Assembly (NCBI GenBank): GCA_000934665.2
Contig: KZ537982.1
Coordinates: 62,001-126,000 of the forward strand
Direction: 5' to 3'
DNA length: 64,000 bases
Source: Catajapyx aquilonaris
Taxonomy: Eukaryota
This document shows, one piece after another, positions 1 through 11,160 of the stretch. The translations under genes were made by a program, and so were the position numbers. The notes under the pieces are model-generated. The model searched no databases and had not been told where the DNA came from. It worked only from the letters and a program-made list of their open reading frames with translations. Each line of letters opens with the position of its first letter. Position 1 is the stretch's first letter.

Positions 1-730
1 AACACTACTCATGTGCCTAGCCTGCGAGAGGTGACGTGCTATTTCAATTTTTCAAGCCTCTAAGAATTTGAGAACGAAAATAGCGACCGCAAATATGACA
101 AATATGAGGAGAAGGAAACAATTTTCAGTTTTATGCATTCTGGCCAATTAAAAATAAGAATAATAAAAAAACACTGTCTATGCAACCTAGATTGTTTTCA
201 CTCATGTTTTTACTCTTGCCATATTTTAAAGTTCTGGCATGTCATTCTTTGCATCACCAACCACTTTGAGGAGCACATGGATAAAGGGTGTGATGCAGTG
301 GCAAATTACAAGGATATATGAATATTTAACCTCATGTGGACTGTGTGAAGGCATCTTCAGACACAGATCACTGCCATCGAATTATAACTTTTGACAAATT
401 AATTCAGTTATTTATAATTGCAGAGGTTGCTGACTCCACCTCTGAAATGCCAGACAGCCCTGAAAATAATTAAAGTGACAGTGGATTAATGACGTTTCCT
501 TCTCCTATTGAAACCAAGAGGCATTCACCATTGCGCATGATCAAATAGATGGCAATAACGTAAGATTTGTCTCTGACTTACAGCTCAAACTATTATTATC
601 TAATCCTAACCTAGTAGCATACCCACCTGTTTGGTATAACTGCTGGCCAGTTCAAGACTTGCTAATAAAACATGCAACTTACCTCATAATGGTGGCAATG
701 GGGAAAGATTATAGGGCAGGGTAGGGAAGA

Positions 731-1422
731 CTAGGAGGAAGCCAGGCCAAGCAGGAATCCACCAATAAAGCCCACACTCAGGTAATTGTTGTCTTGGGTG
801 AAGCGTTTGGCCTGGAAAAACAAAATTAGGTAAAACTAGGTGGGGTGCAGTAGTGTATAGTATGAGTATGGGCTTTACGGCGCCAAATATGCTTGTGACG
901 CAGGCTTCCGGGGAAAAATCACATGCCTACTTTTCCAAAACTACAAAATTAAAAAGGTGGCTGACGTGCACACAAACCCGCCATACCTTGTCAATCCACG
1001 TTGGCGCCTCAACCCCGACCTCGTCTTGTATCTTATTGGTGACCTTCTCCACATCCCCATATACCTTGTTCCAGTTGATCTTGATGTATCCTTTGTGGTT
1101 TGCAACCTGCAGCAGGATGAGTCCACCTCCCAGAGCCGTTGCAGCCACCTTGCCCACCTTCATAGACAAATATCCGGTGCACCTGCAATACAAAACCAAT
1201 GAAAATGGAACCTACTAAATAGAGATTTTCACAGAAAACAAGCCTTTCCTACCATCCTGAGACACCTCCCAAAGCTAGTTGCTTGGTAGCAGATGTCTTT
1301 CCAACATCGCCAAGGGCCCTTTCGATCCACGTCTTTGAGTCTTTGGCCATTCCCCTGATGTCCAATACTTCAACTTTGTCACCATCAGCTGTTGCGGCTG
1401 ACTTCTTGTCAACCTTGGCCAT
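731..1422 (-). CDS. FUNDC1: FUN14 domain-containing protein 1 (mitophagy receptor family), 148 aa, 3 coding exons
   Basis: Exons (minus) 1422-1253, 1182-987 and 811-731 with GT-AG introns and consistent phase. Product MAKVDKKS...[50 protein letters not shown]...NYLSVGFIGGFLLGLASS* matches the FUN14 signature (GGVxGWCxG...KVGKLAAxAxGGGxxLLQxA.H.GY...W...GFxGGFLLGLAS). Confidence 0.93.
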
Positions 1423-1642
1423 AATGTGGTTTCAAGATAGCTCTTTCACTGAGGGAAGATATGAAGTGATTCATTGCTTGACTACACACTGGCATGGGCT
1501 TGGTAAATTATGCAACACTAAAAGGCAGCTGCATGAGGCACCTTAAAAAATATTCATGATATGACATCATACAAATGGTGGACCCACGTTTTGGTCTACA
1601 TCTAGAGCTCTGAGCACCCCCCTTGAACTAGTTTCAGTAATA

Positions 1643-1747
1643 TGTTGCAAATGCAGTTCAGGGCAATTGAGTGAATCCTGTACATTCAAGAGGACATGCC
1701 TTTAAATGCACAGGATTCACTCAATTGGCCTGAACTACAATTGCACA
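1643..1747. repeat. ~105-nt near-perfect inverted repeat (hairpin or MITE remnant) upstream of the FUNDC1 ATG
   Basis: Left arm tgcaaatgcagttcagggcaattgagtgaatcctgtacatt pairs with right arm aatgcacaggattcactcaattggcctgaactacaattgca, with few mismatches. Confidence 0.8.
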
Positions 1748-3799
1748 CATTTGACTATGGCGTTTGTTTAGTCATGGCACACTGATTTCATACAGGGTAA
1801 TTCGACAAGAAACACTGCTTGAGAATTCAGCTCCCCAATTTGCTAGTAAGCAGAAAACGTTATCTGATGCTGATCCGGTCAGTTTTCCCAGCAATTACTG
1901 TAATTATTGTTGGAACTACGGCCTATTTCTTCCCTTACGCTCATGGTGCATTATTTCGTACGTGTATTTTTAGCCACTTTCACATGCTGTCACATGCTTC
2001 TCCAAACCATGACTTAACTGCCCGGCAATTACGGACAATTGATCTCCTGCCAACATTGCATAAAAAGTACACACTGACACCAATCCCGACCGCATCGGCT
2101 TGCAGTTGCACCAGACCGGCCGGCCTTCTGAACCCAGGTAATTGTGGACGCTGCTATGAATAAATCCAGGCCATTCACCCACCCACCAACCAGGTAAAAA
2201 TATAATGGCTCCCATGCAGGTGCAACGACACCACAAATATGCGTACCCTGCTTCTCCTCCTTCTGGTTGCAACACAGTGGGCAGTCCCTGAGTCTTCGGC
2301 CGACTGTCCGAGGGGGGGGTCACCCTCCAACAGAGGTCACAGGTGATGGTTGGGCTTGAGGCCAGCGAGTGTTCCTCTTGGCAGGCGAATGTCGAATTCC
2401 AGCCAGGGAGTGACCCTTTTTTTTCTTTCCTTACTTTCCTTCAGAGGGAGCAACAAGACGGGGGGGGATTCAGCTCCGATTCAGCCTCTAGTTGCTACTG
2501 CGGATGGAAAGTGGCGCTGCCTGACCACATTCTGCGTTGGTTGGACCAAGGTTGTTGTATGAAAAGTGAGCGCAGCATGGCAACCTCGCGGCGAAATATT
2601 CAAAATAAACAGCGTACAATATGGCCGATCACGCCGGGTCGTGGTCCTTTGTCAGCTGCGGAATGAAGGTGGTGGAAGTTTGGGGCGTTGCCGGGGTGAA
2701 TTATGGGTCGTGGAGTCGGAAATATATTACTGAAGGAGGGTTCGCTAATAATGCTACATTGTTTGTACTGTACTTTTTCGGACACGGTGTGGGCCACTTG
2801 TTGCAGACGGTTACCTATTTTGCTTTCATGGTGCCTTCATTTTTTGGTGAGATATACGAGTGTATTGAAGTTGATTTAATCTTGCAGATGATTAGTGGGA
2901 TTCCTGCTCCTTGATGGGCCAGTAGTAAACTACAGGAGGACTTCAGACAGTCACTAAAAAGGAGAAGAAAGAATGGAAGGTGTGTATTGTATATCCAATG
3001 AGAAAAAGAGAATAATGGTGTGAAAAATAGCAGGTGAAGCTTCTTATGTCACTTTCGAAGTTTAAGCCGTGTTTACAAGTGAGCGATTTGACGAGCGAAG
3101 TCTTCACCGAGCGATAACATCGCTGAGTTACCCAATATTGTTTAAGGTGAGAGTAACTATTGATGTTCGGCTCAAACAATACTGGTTACTCGGGTTACTC
3201 AGCAATGTTATCACTCTGCGAAGACTTCACTCGTCAACACACACGCTCATATGTAAATGCGGCTTTACTGCGACTGCATATGCAGCGCTGGATTTACCAG
3301 TAGGCAGAAAAGGCCTGCTAGGGGCAGGGGATGGCCGTAGGGTGGATTATATATTTTGTTAAATAAAATAGTGATAAAATAAAGGAGTGAACACAAGAGA
3401 AACATAGAATTTTTAAGCGGCATGCGGGTGGGCGGTGTCCTGATCGCAAGTGTCTACGCCTCTGCAGGAAGCTGGGGGGGGGGGGGGGGGGNGATTATCA
3501 TGATAAGGGTAGAACCCTCCGATAGGAGGATGCAACCCCTGTTGTGATATTCTGAAACTTTGCAGTTATTGCTGGCTCATCACAGGCATACTGGTGTGTC
3601 TGAAAAGTTAGGTGACTGTTACACTACAACAACAACAACAACATCACGACATTTTCTATGAGGGGTAGTCAGCGATGAAGGGAGACGCAAGCTAACCCAA
3701 CATATGAACTAATAAAACTCATAAGAATAAACCTAAAAACAACCTGTCCCACCCCCCACCCATGCCCATCTCAGACATCACCTTATCCTCACTAAAAGG

Positions 3800-4270
3800 A
3801 GCAAAATAGAAGGTACATAGGAATTACCTTAATTGGCCGTCAAAGTCTGCTCTATCAGACACAACACACGTTTGAAAATTTTTGTAAAGCTTCTGAAATG
3901 AGCAAAAAAAATAAATAATGGAACCCACTCTAGATCTGTTGTCACAGGGGCCTGAACCTCCACGACATGCACAAAACGTGATCCCTTCATGAATCCTTTA
4001 CATTTCAGTGTGCTATCATTGTTTTGGATCACCTACTGTACTTTGACTTTTTTCCTGTTGTCTTTTTTTTGTTTGTCTCATTACCTTAATGAAGGGATCA
4101 TGATTTACAGACGTTCAGGCCCATGTGACAACGGATCCGGAAAGGGGTTCCAAAAACACATTTTTCACTCATTTCAGAAGCTTTACGAATAATTTTTAAA
4201 ATGTGCTGTGTCTGATGGAGAGCACTTTGAAGGCCAATAAAGGTAATTCTATGTGGCTTCTGTTTTGTTT
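3800..4270. mobile_element. Degenerate foldback/MITE-like element with ~190-bp inverted arms
   Basis: About 3800-3995 (…gaattaccttaattggccgtcaaagtctgctctatcagacac…ttgtcacaggggcctgaac…gatcccttcat) is the diverged reverse complement of about 4085-4270 (atgaagggatc…gttcaggcccatgtgacaac…gtgtctgatggagagcactttgaaggccaataaaggtaattc). Ends and TSD are not clearly defined. Confidence 0.75.
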
Positions 4271-4564
4271 ATTTTATTGTCACATTCACCAAACATTTTA
4301 GACACCCCACATATTACAGTATACGTCAGGGTTGGCAATAATCAATGATTATTTTAAAATAATCCAATAATCGGATTATTTTGATTATAATCGGATTATT
4401 TTGATTATAATAAGATTATTTTAATATAATAATATTATTTGTAGTACAGCACTTTATTTCATTTTCCTGATAAAAACCCCACCTGCTATTTGAAGAAAAT
4501 CAAGAAATGTATGTCAATATTGTCAAACATGTTACATTCCAAGGAAAGTGCATGATACAATATA

Positions 4565-5019
4565 CAGTAAATCCTCGTTTAACACGGATTCAGCTTACTT
4601 GGGAGCGACTAGCCGACTACACTATTCAGTAGTGTACGTGTGTACATACCTGTAAGGCCGGGTACACTTACAGTATTATTGTACGCTACTGTATCTGTAT
4701 TACGCAGAAAGCAGTGCCTGATGTACTACCTCTGTGGCTCTGTCATGTTCTCATGTACTGATTATGATAATTAAACTGTATTTTACTACACATATACAAT
4801 AAGTCAAAACTCAAGAGTCAAGAGTTTTAAGTTTTAACTTTTTGACTGGTGAGTTTGTGATTATTGGTAGGATAAATGTATGACGAACCTGGTCCCCCAG
4901 GAACCTATCCCCCTATTTCCCAATTCCCATAAGATTAAATGATTAATGTAATAATGTTTCACTTTACACGAAGTCACGAACCTATCCGGCTATCCCCGAT
5001 GTTAAACGAGGATTGACTG
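4565..5019. mobile_element. Tc1/mariner-superfamily (pogo/Tigger-like) MITE nested inside the hAT element
   Basis: 20-bp TIRs CAGTAAATCCTCGTTTAACA and TGTTAAACGAGGATTGACTG (1 mismatch), flanked by TA on both sides (4563-4564, 5020-5021). Confidence 0.85.
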
Positions 5020-5082
5020 TACATGGTACTATGGTTCTATGGTAGGATATTTTTTTAGCCTTTCAACATTTTAACTTCTTTA

Positions 5083-5140
5083 AATTATTGTTATTATTGT
5101 TGTTGTTGTTATTGTTATTATTATTGTTATTATTATTAGT
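5083..5140. repeat. (TTA/TTG)n microsatellite
   Basis: attattgttattattgttgttgttgttattgttattattattgttattattattag. Confidence 0.85.
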
Positions 5141-5741
5141 GATTATAATCAAGATTCTTCATTATAAATCAGTTGATTATAATCATGATTATAATCAATG
5201 ATTATAATCAATTGATTATAATCATGCCAACCCTGGTATACGTACAGTCCCACTCATAAAGAATGGTACGACTCTATGAGCGAAATGTTTATTCTCCATG
5301 TCCAGCAGTGTTCCCAACCTTATTTCGACGTGACCCTATGGACAACCTTTCCCTGACCTCTGCCGACCTGTATGACCCCTCCCCCGCATCCAGATTTTTT
5401 CTCGAAAATTTTTTATTACCAAATCGTTCAACAAGGTACAATCTTACGTAGATTTCCCCCTGAAAATTTTCCAACTTGCCTGGTTTTTCTTCTATTTTTG
5501 TCTTTATTTCCATTCCCTTTTCCCAGCCTTCACCACAACCATTAAAAACATGCTGGTGACCCAGTGATTGGGAACAGGATAAACATTTCGTCCATAGAGT
5601 CATACCATGACAATAAGTAATTTTTGGTGCTGGTACTTGCAGATTTGAATGTTAAGGGTGCCTATAGCTATCCCAAAGTTCATTAACTAGAGACTGTGGT
5701 GTACATGATAATGTGCTGAATAGCATTGCTTCGTTACTCAA

Positions 5742-6882
5742 TTGAATCATGGAATCAAAACCGTGCTTGTTGCATTTTCGAGATTCTCGATCTTATTGAA
5801 CGAAAATGCGGATCACACATACGTGATATTGGTATCCACTGAAAGATACGGAGAAACTGTCGACATTCCAGGTGGTACGACGCCCTTGAGTTGAACCATG
5901 AGTGAATGGCAAGCGACAGTTGGACCCCCCTGAAAAAAAAATACAGCGTGGTTTTGATTTCCACACTGTCGTGGAAGGTAAAACCACACTATGTTGAGCA
6001 AAAATCAAATATGGTGCGCGCAACTCGCAATTATGATTCGCAGAATAGAGTGCAGGAAGAATAGTTCTGGTGAAACTGAACCCATACAGGTGGTTTGACG
6101 CTCGTCACTTGAGCATGAGACTTACGGTGATCGGTAGTAGTACACCCCCCATCTGCAACTCACCCCAAGCATAGCGTGGTTTTAGGTTCCACGGAATATT
6201 GAGTGAAAAGGAACATGAAGGGACCAAGGAAGTGCACGGAATGTTGGTCCTAATATGCGACACACCATATACGTATTTAGAAGACCACATGTGTCACTGG
6301 ACCAAAGGAATGAGGATCTCAGTGTACCTAGATTCTGTGCTATTCCTTGGTCCACCCATTTTCCCTTTCACTCGATATTCCATGGAACGTAAAACCGCGC
6401 TATGTTCAGGGTGAAGTGCTCCTCGTCACTGTACTGCTCCTGCTCGAGCTATGTGTGTCGAACCACCTGGTATGAGTTCAGTTTCACCAGAACTATTTTT
6501 CCTGCACTCTATTCTGCAAATATTGAGGGTTATGTACACCATAGATTTTCTCTGAACAAAGTGTGGATTTACATTCCACGACAGTGTGGATTTACATTCC
6601 ACGACGGTGTGGAAATCAAAACCTCCCTGTTTTTTTCGGACTCTGTTGGGGGGGGGGGGGGCCNTGTCCGTCCAACTTTCGCTTGCCATTCAGTTATTGT
6701 TCAACTCACAGGGGTTGGACCACCTGGGATGTTGACAGTTTCGCCGCATCTTTCGGTGGATGCCAATATCACACAATCATGTGTGATGTGCATTTTCGTT
6801 ATTATAGGCTTCTTTCAACAAGATCGAGATTCGAGAATCTCGAAAATGCAACATAGGGCAGTTTTGATTCCCATGATTCAAT
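5742..6882. mobile_element. ~1.14-kb foldback element with ~380-450-bp inverted arms and an inner ~230-bp hairpin
   Basis: About 5742-6120 (ttgaatcatggaatcaaaac…gcagaatagagtgcaggaagaatagttctggtgaaactgaac…) is the reverse complement of about 6436-6882 (…gttcagtttcaccagaactatttttcctgcactctattctgc…gttttgattcccatgattcaa). Inner pair 6171-6250 / 6330-6403 (atagcgtggttttaggttccacggaatattgagtgaaa / tttcactcgatattccatggaacgtaaaaccgcgctat). The right arm carries a 23-nt tandem duplication at about 6561-6610. Confidence 0.85.
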
Positions 6883-6931
6883 GTCATCCAAGATTCTGGG
6901 GGCAGGGGAAAAGTGTAAAGTAGTTATTATA

Positions 6932-7369
6932 CAGGGTGAAGTGAAACTCGCGGACAATCGCCAGGTAAACTTATAGTACTACTCGCAAAACTAATGTAGG
7001 GATGTACAATTAGTTTTTGGCTCCGTTGTGTAGTTAATGCGTACTGCACCCTTAAAGTGTAGAGGTCCGGATGGTGGAATATGAGGCAAAAACTACAAGT
7101 GCATGGGTGTCGTACCCGGATTCTTACTCTAACGGAATTTGATGCCTATTTGCACATGGACAATGTGGTAGGGGACCAAGGCTCCAGAGGCCCTCGAACT
7201 GACTTTTGCATTTTAGAAGCTGGCGAACGGATGTGATGTCACGAAACTTTGACAGTGCCATACGCAGTAACTATGCAACGGAGCCCAAAACTAATTGCAC
7301 ATCCCTATATTAGTTTTATGAGTACTGTCAGTCTACATGGCGATTGTCTGGGAGTTTCCCTTCATCCTG
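6932..7369. mobile_element. Tc1/mariner-type MITE with ~120-bp TIRs
   Basis: TA|CAGGGTGAAGTGAAACTCGCGGACAATCGCCA… and …TGGCGATTGTCTGGGAGTTTCCCTTCATCCTG|TA. The arms continue through aaactaatgtagggatgtacaattagtttttggctccgttg / caacggagcccaaaactaattgcacatccctatattagttt. Confidence 0.85.
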
Positions 7370-7434
7370 TATGCTAAATCAGGCAAATGGACTTTTATTT
7401 ATAACACACTCAATTTTCTCCAAATCTTTGGCAG

Positions 7435-8228
7435 GAATGACCATAATGCCAGCCAATGAGGATGTTGTGGAGGATGATGTCACCACTGTTTTGATCACTA
7501 TAGATCTGGTATGTAGTGAACAGGAGACTCTTTTAACACCGAGTGCAACTTTCAACAGTACTGTTGAAAAGGTTCAATCAACAAGAGAAGAAGAGAATGT
7601 GTTTCAGGCAGACTCCAACATCATCATAGAAGCAACACCTCTGTATGATTTGCAAACTGAAACTGTGCCAAATCCAGATGGTTCCATGACCCTCTTCACT
7701 TGTGATAAGTGTTACCAAACATTCGTCAGTAAAGAAATACTGGAGGATCATCTAAAGTCTCATGCACAAGAGAAACCTCACATATGCCAAATATGCAATG
7801 AATTGCTTACCACCAGTGGAAGTTTGTCAAAACATATGCAGAATCATTCTGGAGGTATGGCAAAACATTTGCCAATTCCTACTGGAAATAAGCCCACCTA
7901 CACTTGTAATGTCTGTGACAAATCATTTGACCTCAGAAAATCTTTACAAAAACACAAACTACTGCACACTGGAGAAAAACAGTGGACTTGTAACCTGTGC
8001 CCAAAGTTATTCTCTTCACTAGCTAATTTAAGGATGCATGGGTATACTCATTCAAACACCTCCTTCATATGCAAAGTATGCAACAGAGCATACAAATACC
8101 CTGGCTCTCTGCGGAGGCACAGGATAAAAGAGTCTCACTTTTTGACCAAAGCAGTACCAGAGGTAACCCGGGCAGGGAGGTCAGCTTTTTGCCACATCCT
8201 TCCTAAGTCAGAGCCAGTCGTGTGTTAG
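7435..8228 (+). CDS. C2H2 zinc-finger protein (5 fingers, acidic N-terminal region), main coding exon
   Basis: Acceptor ...tctttggcag| at 7434, in-frame ATG at 7437. Fingers CDKC..HLKSH, CQIC..HMQNH, CNVC..HKLLH-TGEKQW-CNLC..HGYTH and CKVC..HRIKESH. A possible upstream phase-1 exon ends ATG GAA G|gtgtgt at 2973-2979. A possible donor GAG|gtaacc near 8162 makes the 3' end uncertain. Confidence 0.85.
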
Positions 8229-10639
8229 TTCCACATCCCTATCAGTCAAGATCAGCCATAGGAAATAGTGCTAGAAAGTAAGGTAGCTAATCTGTGGGAC
8301 ACCAGTTTTTCTTTGAGCATGAAGATTTTTGATGAGAAAAGTGCCTTAAAATGTGGGTTTGAAAAATGAAAGCAAGGATTGTGAAACATTGGCAATTAAT
8401 TCAATGCAGGAGTAGCAAAAAGAGATTGGAAAGTGCAGATGCTTTTATTTTTATTGTTATAAGAATGGTAAATGAGACACACCGGGAGGCCTCACTTTAT
8501 GACCCAGTTTTGCTGGATAATATAACCCTGTCGTAATATGGGCCTTTCTGTAACGGATGTAGACACCAGATTTTGTAATCCTGATTTGAGCACTCACTGC
8601 TAAGATTATGTTTGCCTTTTGGTCACTCCCTGAAAAATTCTGGAAGTAGAAAATCATGCAGGGTTCTCTTGATATGACATCCAGACTGTGGTCGTAGTGC
8701 TGAGAGAACCATCACATGAACTTGAGTTTGAGTGGGAAGGAGCCGAAGCAACTGTAGCTCTAGGAGCAATGTGGGTTTCAGTCATGGTTCCACACTTGTA
8801 TCGTATTATGAGCTGTTTTTTAGACTGCCTTTATGTGTTGACAATATGAAGACTGAGATATTCTGTCAGACATAGAGTATTGTCATGCATCTTTCTCAAA
8901 GAGCTCAAATGGGATCTCTAGGACTATCCGTCAAATACTCCAGACTTTCACGTGTGTCACCACCTCTAGAAATTATTTGGTATGTGACAGCTTAGGAGTG
9001 ACCAAAAGGAGAAGGAATAGGCTTAGCAAGCAGAGTGCTGAACACATACTGACAAATCTGGTCCCATAATTCAGCAAAATGCTACCTGAGATACGAAAGG
9101 GGCAGTCACGTTTTGGTCGAAAGAGTGCTATGCCCCGGATGCATAGCCTACTTTTTTTTATGGTCAAATCATATTTCTGATAGATAAATGTTTAAAAAGA
9201 AACTATCCTGTAAGAGCTGATGCAATCATCAAACTTCAAACACCAGTATTTAAAAATCAGATAAGTGACTCAAATCATTCTTCATATTGGGTCTTCAAAC
9301 ATTTCAAATGGCATGTCTGTGACCAGTAATGTGCCATTAATGGGGCTATTTTGATTTTTGGGGAAATTTTTGAAAATTGTTCCTGGCCAAACTGTACTTA
9401 TCTTATCTTTGAAATATATAATTGTAGTAAGAAGTAGTAGTAAGTTGCAAGTTAGGAAGGTGCAATAATGTTTTAGCAGCCTGTACAATCAGCACTTGGG
9501 GTGTTTTCACTGGGCCAGCTGAAGTGTTAAATACTCGTACGTTCCAATGGAAATCTCACAGATGCTCTTGTCTCACGACTGAGATCCAGCACTTTGCAAT
9601 CTGCCCCACTGTGATAATATAATCAGCCACATGAGAAGATATGTGTTTTCAGAAGATTGATTGAAAATGACACTTTTTTTTCTTTCTTGATATCATTATG
9701 CTGGATATGAATCAAACGATGAAAAATGCCTCATGTGCATTTGCACCAGGAGCAAAAGTGTAGAAAATGCAGTCTATTTACATTGACAAAAGTCCTATTG
9801 GTTGTTCCCCCCAAGACAAAATTTCTGTTAGTGTTTAAGTACAGTAAATATTTTACACATTTTGGGATGTTGGCAATGATTTCTCTGCGATGACTTTTTT
9901 TTTTTTTNNNNNNNNNNNNNNGGGGGGGGGTAGGAATTCCCTACGCCCATGCTCTCTCTAGTGCTGACCCTGTATTTGTTTGACAGGTAGTGAAAATATT
10001 TATGTCTAGTACCACCACCCTCCTGGAAAAAGACAAAAGTTTATTATTTATTCATTTATTGTTTACGTCACTGTTGACAAAATTCTGGCTCTTTTCCAGG
10101 CTTGAGGTGATACGAGACTTTACAATTCACCAAACTATCGTGAGGATCACATTCAGTGCCTGCAATTAGCATTAGTTTCATAATATTGTATTTTCTACCC
10201 AGAAATAGTCAAAAGTGCATAACTAATCTACAAGTATCACTTTCATATGTGCCAAGAGCAAATACTTTGTGTGATAGCTTGGATCCATTTTTATATTGAC
10301 AACTGTTTTGTACAAGGTATTTTTTGTGTCTTAATAGTATTTTCTTCACTAGACTATCTCACTGTGTCACTGAAAGAATTATCAATTACACTCCAGGAAT
10401 CTGAGGAATGTGTAAAGAGATTGGTAAAATAAAACAAGATTAATTGCATTTGAAAAAGTTTATTCATTACAGCATAACGCTTCCTTAATGTCATACAAGT
10501 CATACAATAGTAAGTAACATGAAGTCTGGCAACGTCGATGTCAGCTTCGAGCGTAAAAGCGCCTCTAGTGCCCGCAATGCTAAAGTCCAATTTATGACTT
10601 CAGATTAATAACCACAATAATTATTCTCAATTTACATTA

Positions 10640-11160
10640 ATTGCCTAATTCCAAGAACAGCCCGCAACACGAACATTACACCAAATTATAAGTGTAGATT
10701 AGGATCCCACCTCCCGCCCCACCCCTTCCGTCCTCCGTCTGCGGGCCCCGAATCGCGTGGAACATTCGCTATCACCCGAAATATTTTTTTCTCTTTCGAT
10801 TTCCTCCTGATCCCCTTCCCTTTGCATCGGGGCCGTGGTGCGATGGCAATATTCGCGATACTCCGAGGCGAGTCCGGCCCGCGACACTGCAGCACCATGC
10901 CCAAGTGAAAAGGGGAAGGAAGGTTGGCACTGCCGAGAGACGAGGAGGGTTTGTTTGGCGGCGGGGGCGGTCGGTGCGAGAGAGTGCTTCCCCCCCCAGC
11001 CCGCCCGGGTAGAAGAATATCTCGGCGGCCGGCGCGGTGCAGGCTGTGCCCGCCTTTGGTTTTCGGCCTCTCCTTGCCCCCGCCTGGCCGGGCGGAGAGA
11101 GGGCCAGTGGGGCTGGTTTTTTAAAAGGGGGCGACGACACCGGTGGTGGGGGCGAGCAGG
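10640..11160 (+). promoter_or_regulatory. GC/CpG-rich promoter and 5' UTR of UTX
   Basis: Abrupt switch from AT-rich, CpG-poor DNA to a CpG-dense block containing CCCGCCCC GC boxes, immediately upstream of the ATG at 11161. Confidence 0.6.

Larger units (their letters stand above)
4327..5235. mobile_element. Non-autonomous hAT-superfamily DNA transposon (MITE)
   Basis: TIRs CAGGGTTGGCA (4327-4337) and TGCCAACCCTG (5225-5235). Perfect 8-bp target-site duplication GTATACGT (4319-4326, 5236-5243). Subterminal GATTATAATC arrays at both ends. An 8-bp TSD with CAG ends is typical of hAT. Confidence 0.88.

Noticed and set aside
4337..4440. Short periodic GATTATAATC/GATTATTTT repeats (also 5140-5225) as a CRISPR-like array
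   Set aside because: No unique spacers and a eukaryotic context; these are subterminal repeats of the hAT element.
5755..6923. Mutually similar ORFs on opposite strands (e.g. 5755-5964 and 6402-6923)
   Set aside because: The similarity comes from the two arms of the foldback repeat; no transposase motifs.
7344..7434. N-terminal 30 aa of the 294-aa zinc-finger ORF
   Set aside because: It begins inside a MITE TIR and upstream of a good splice acceptor, so I treat it as intron.
9895..9930. N-gap and other n characters next to poly-G runs (about 3492, 6664, 21721, 25788, 28708)
   Set aside because: Assembly or sequencing artefacts at homopolymers. G-run lengths are unreliable, so I make no G-quadruplex claim.
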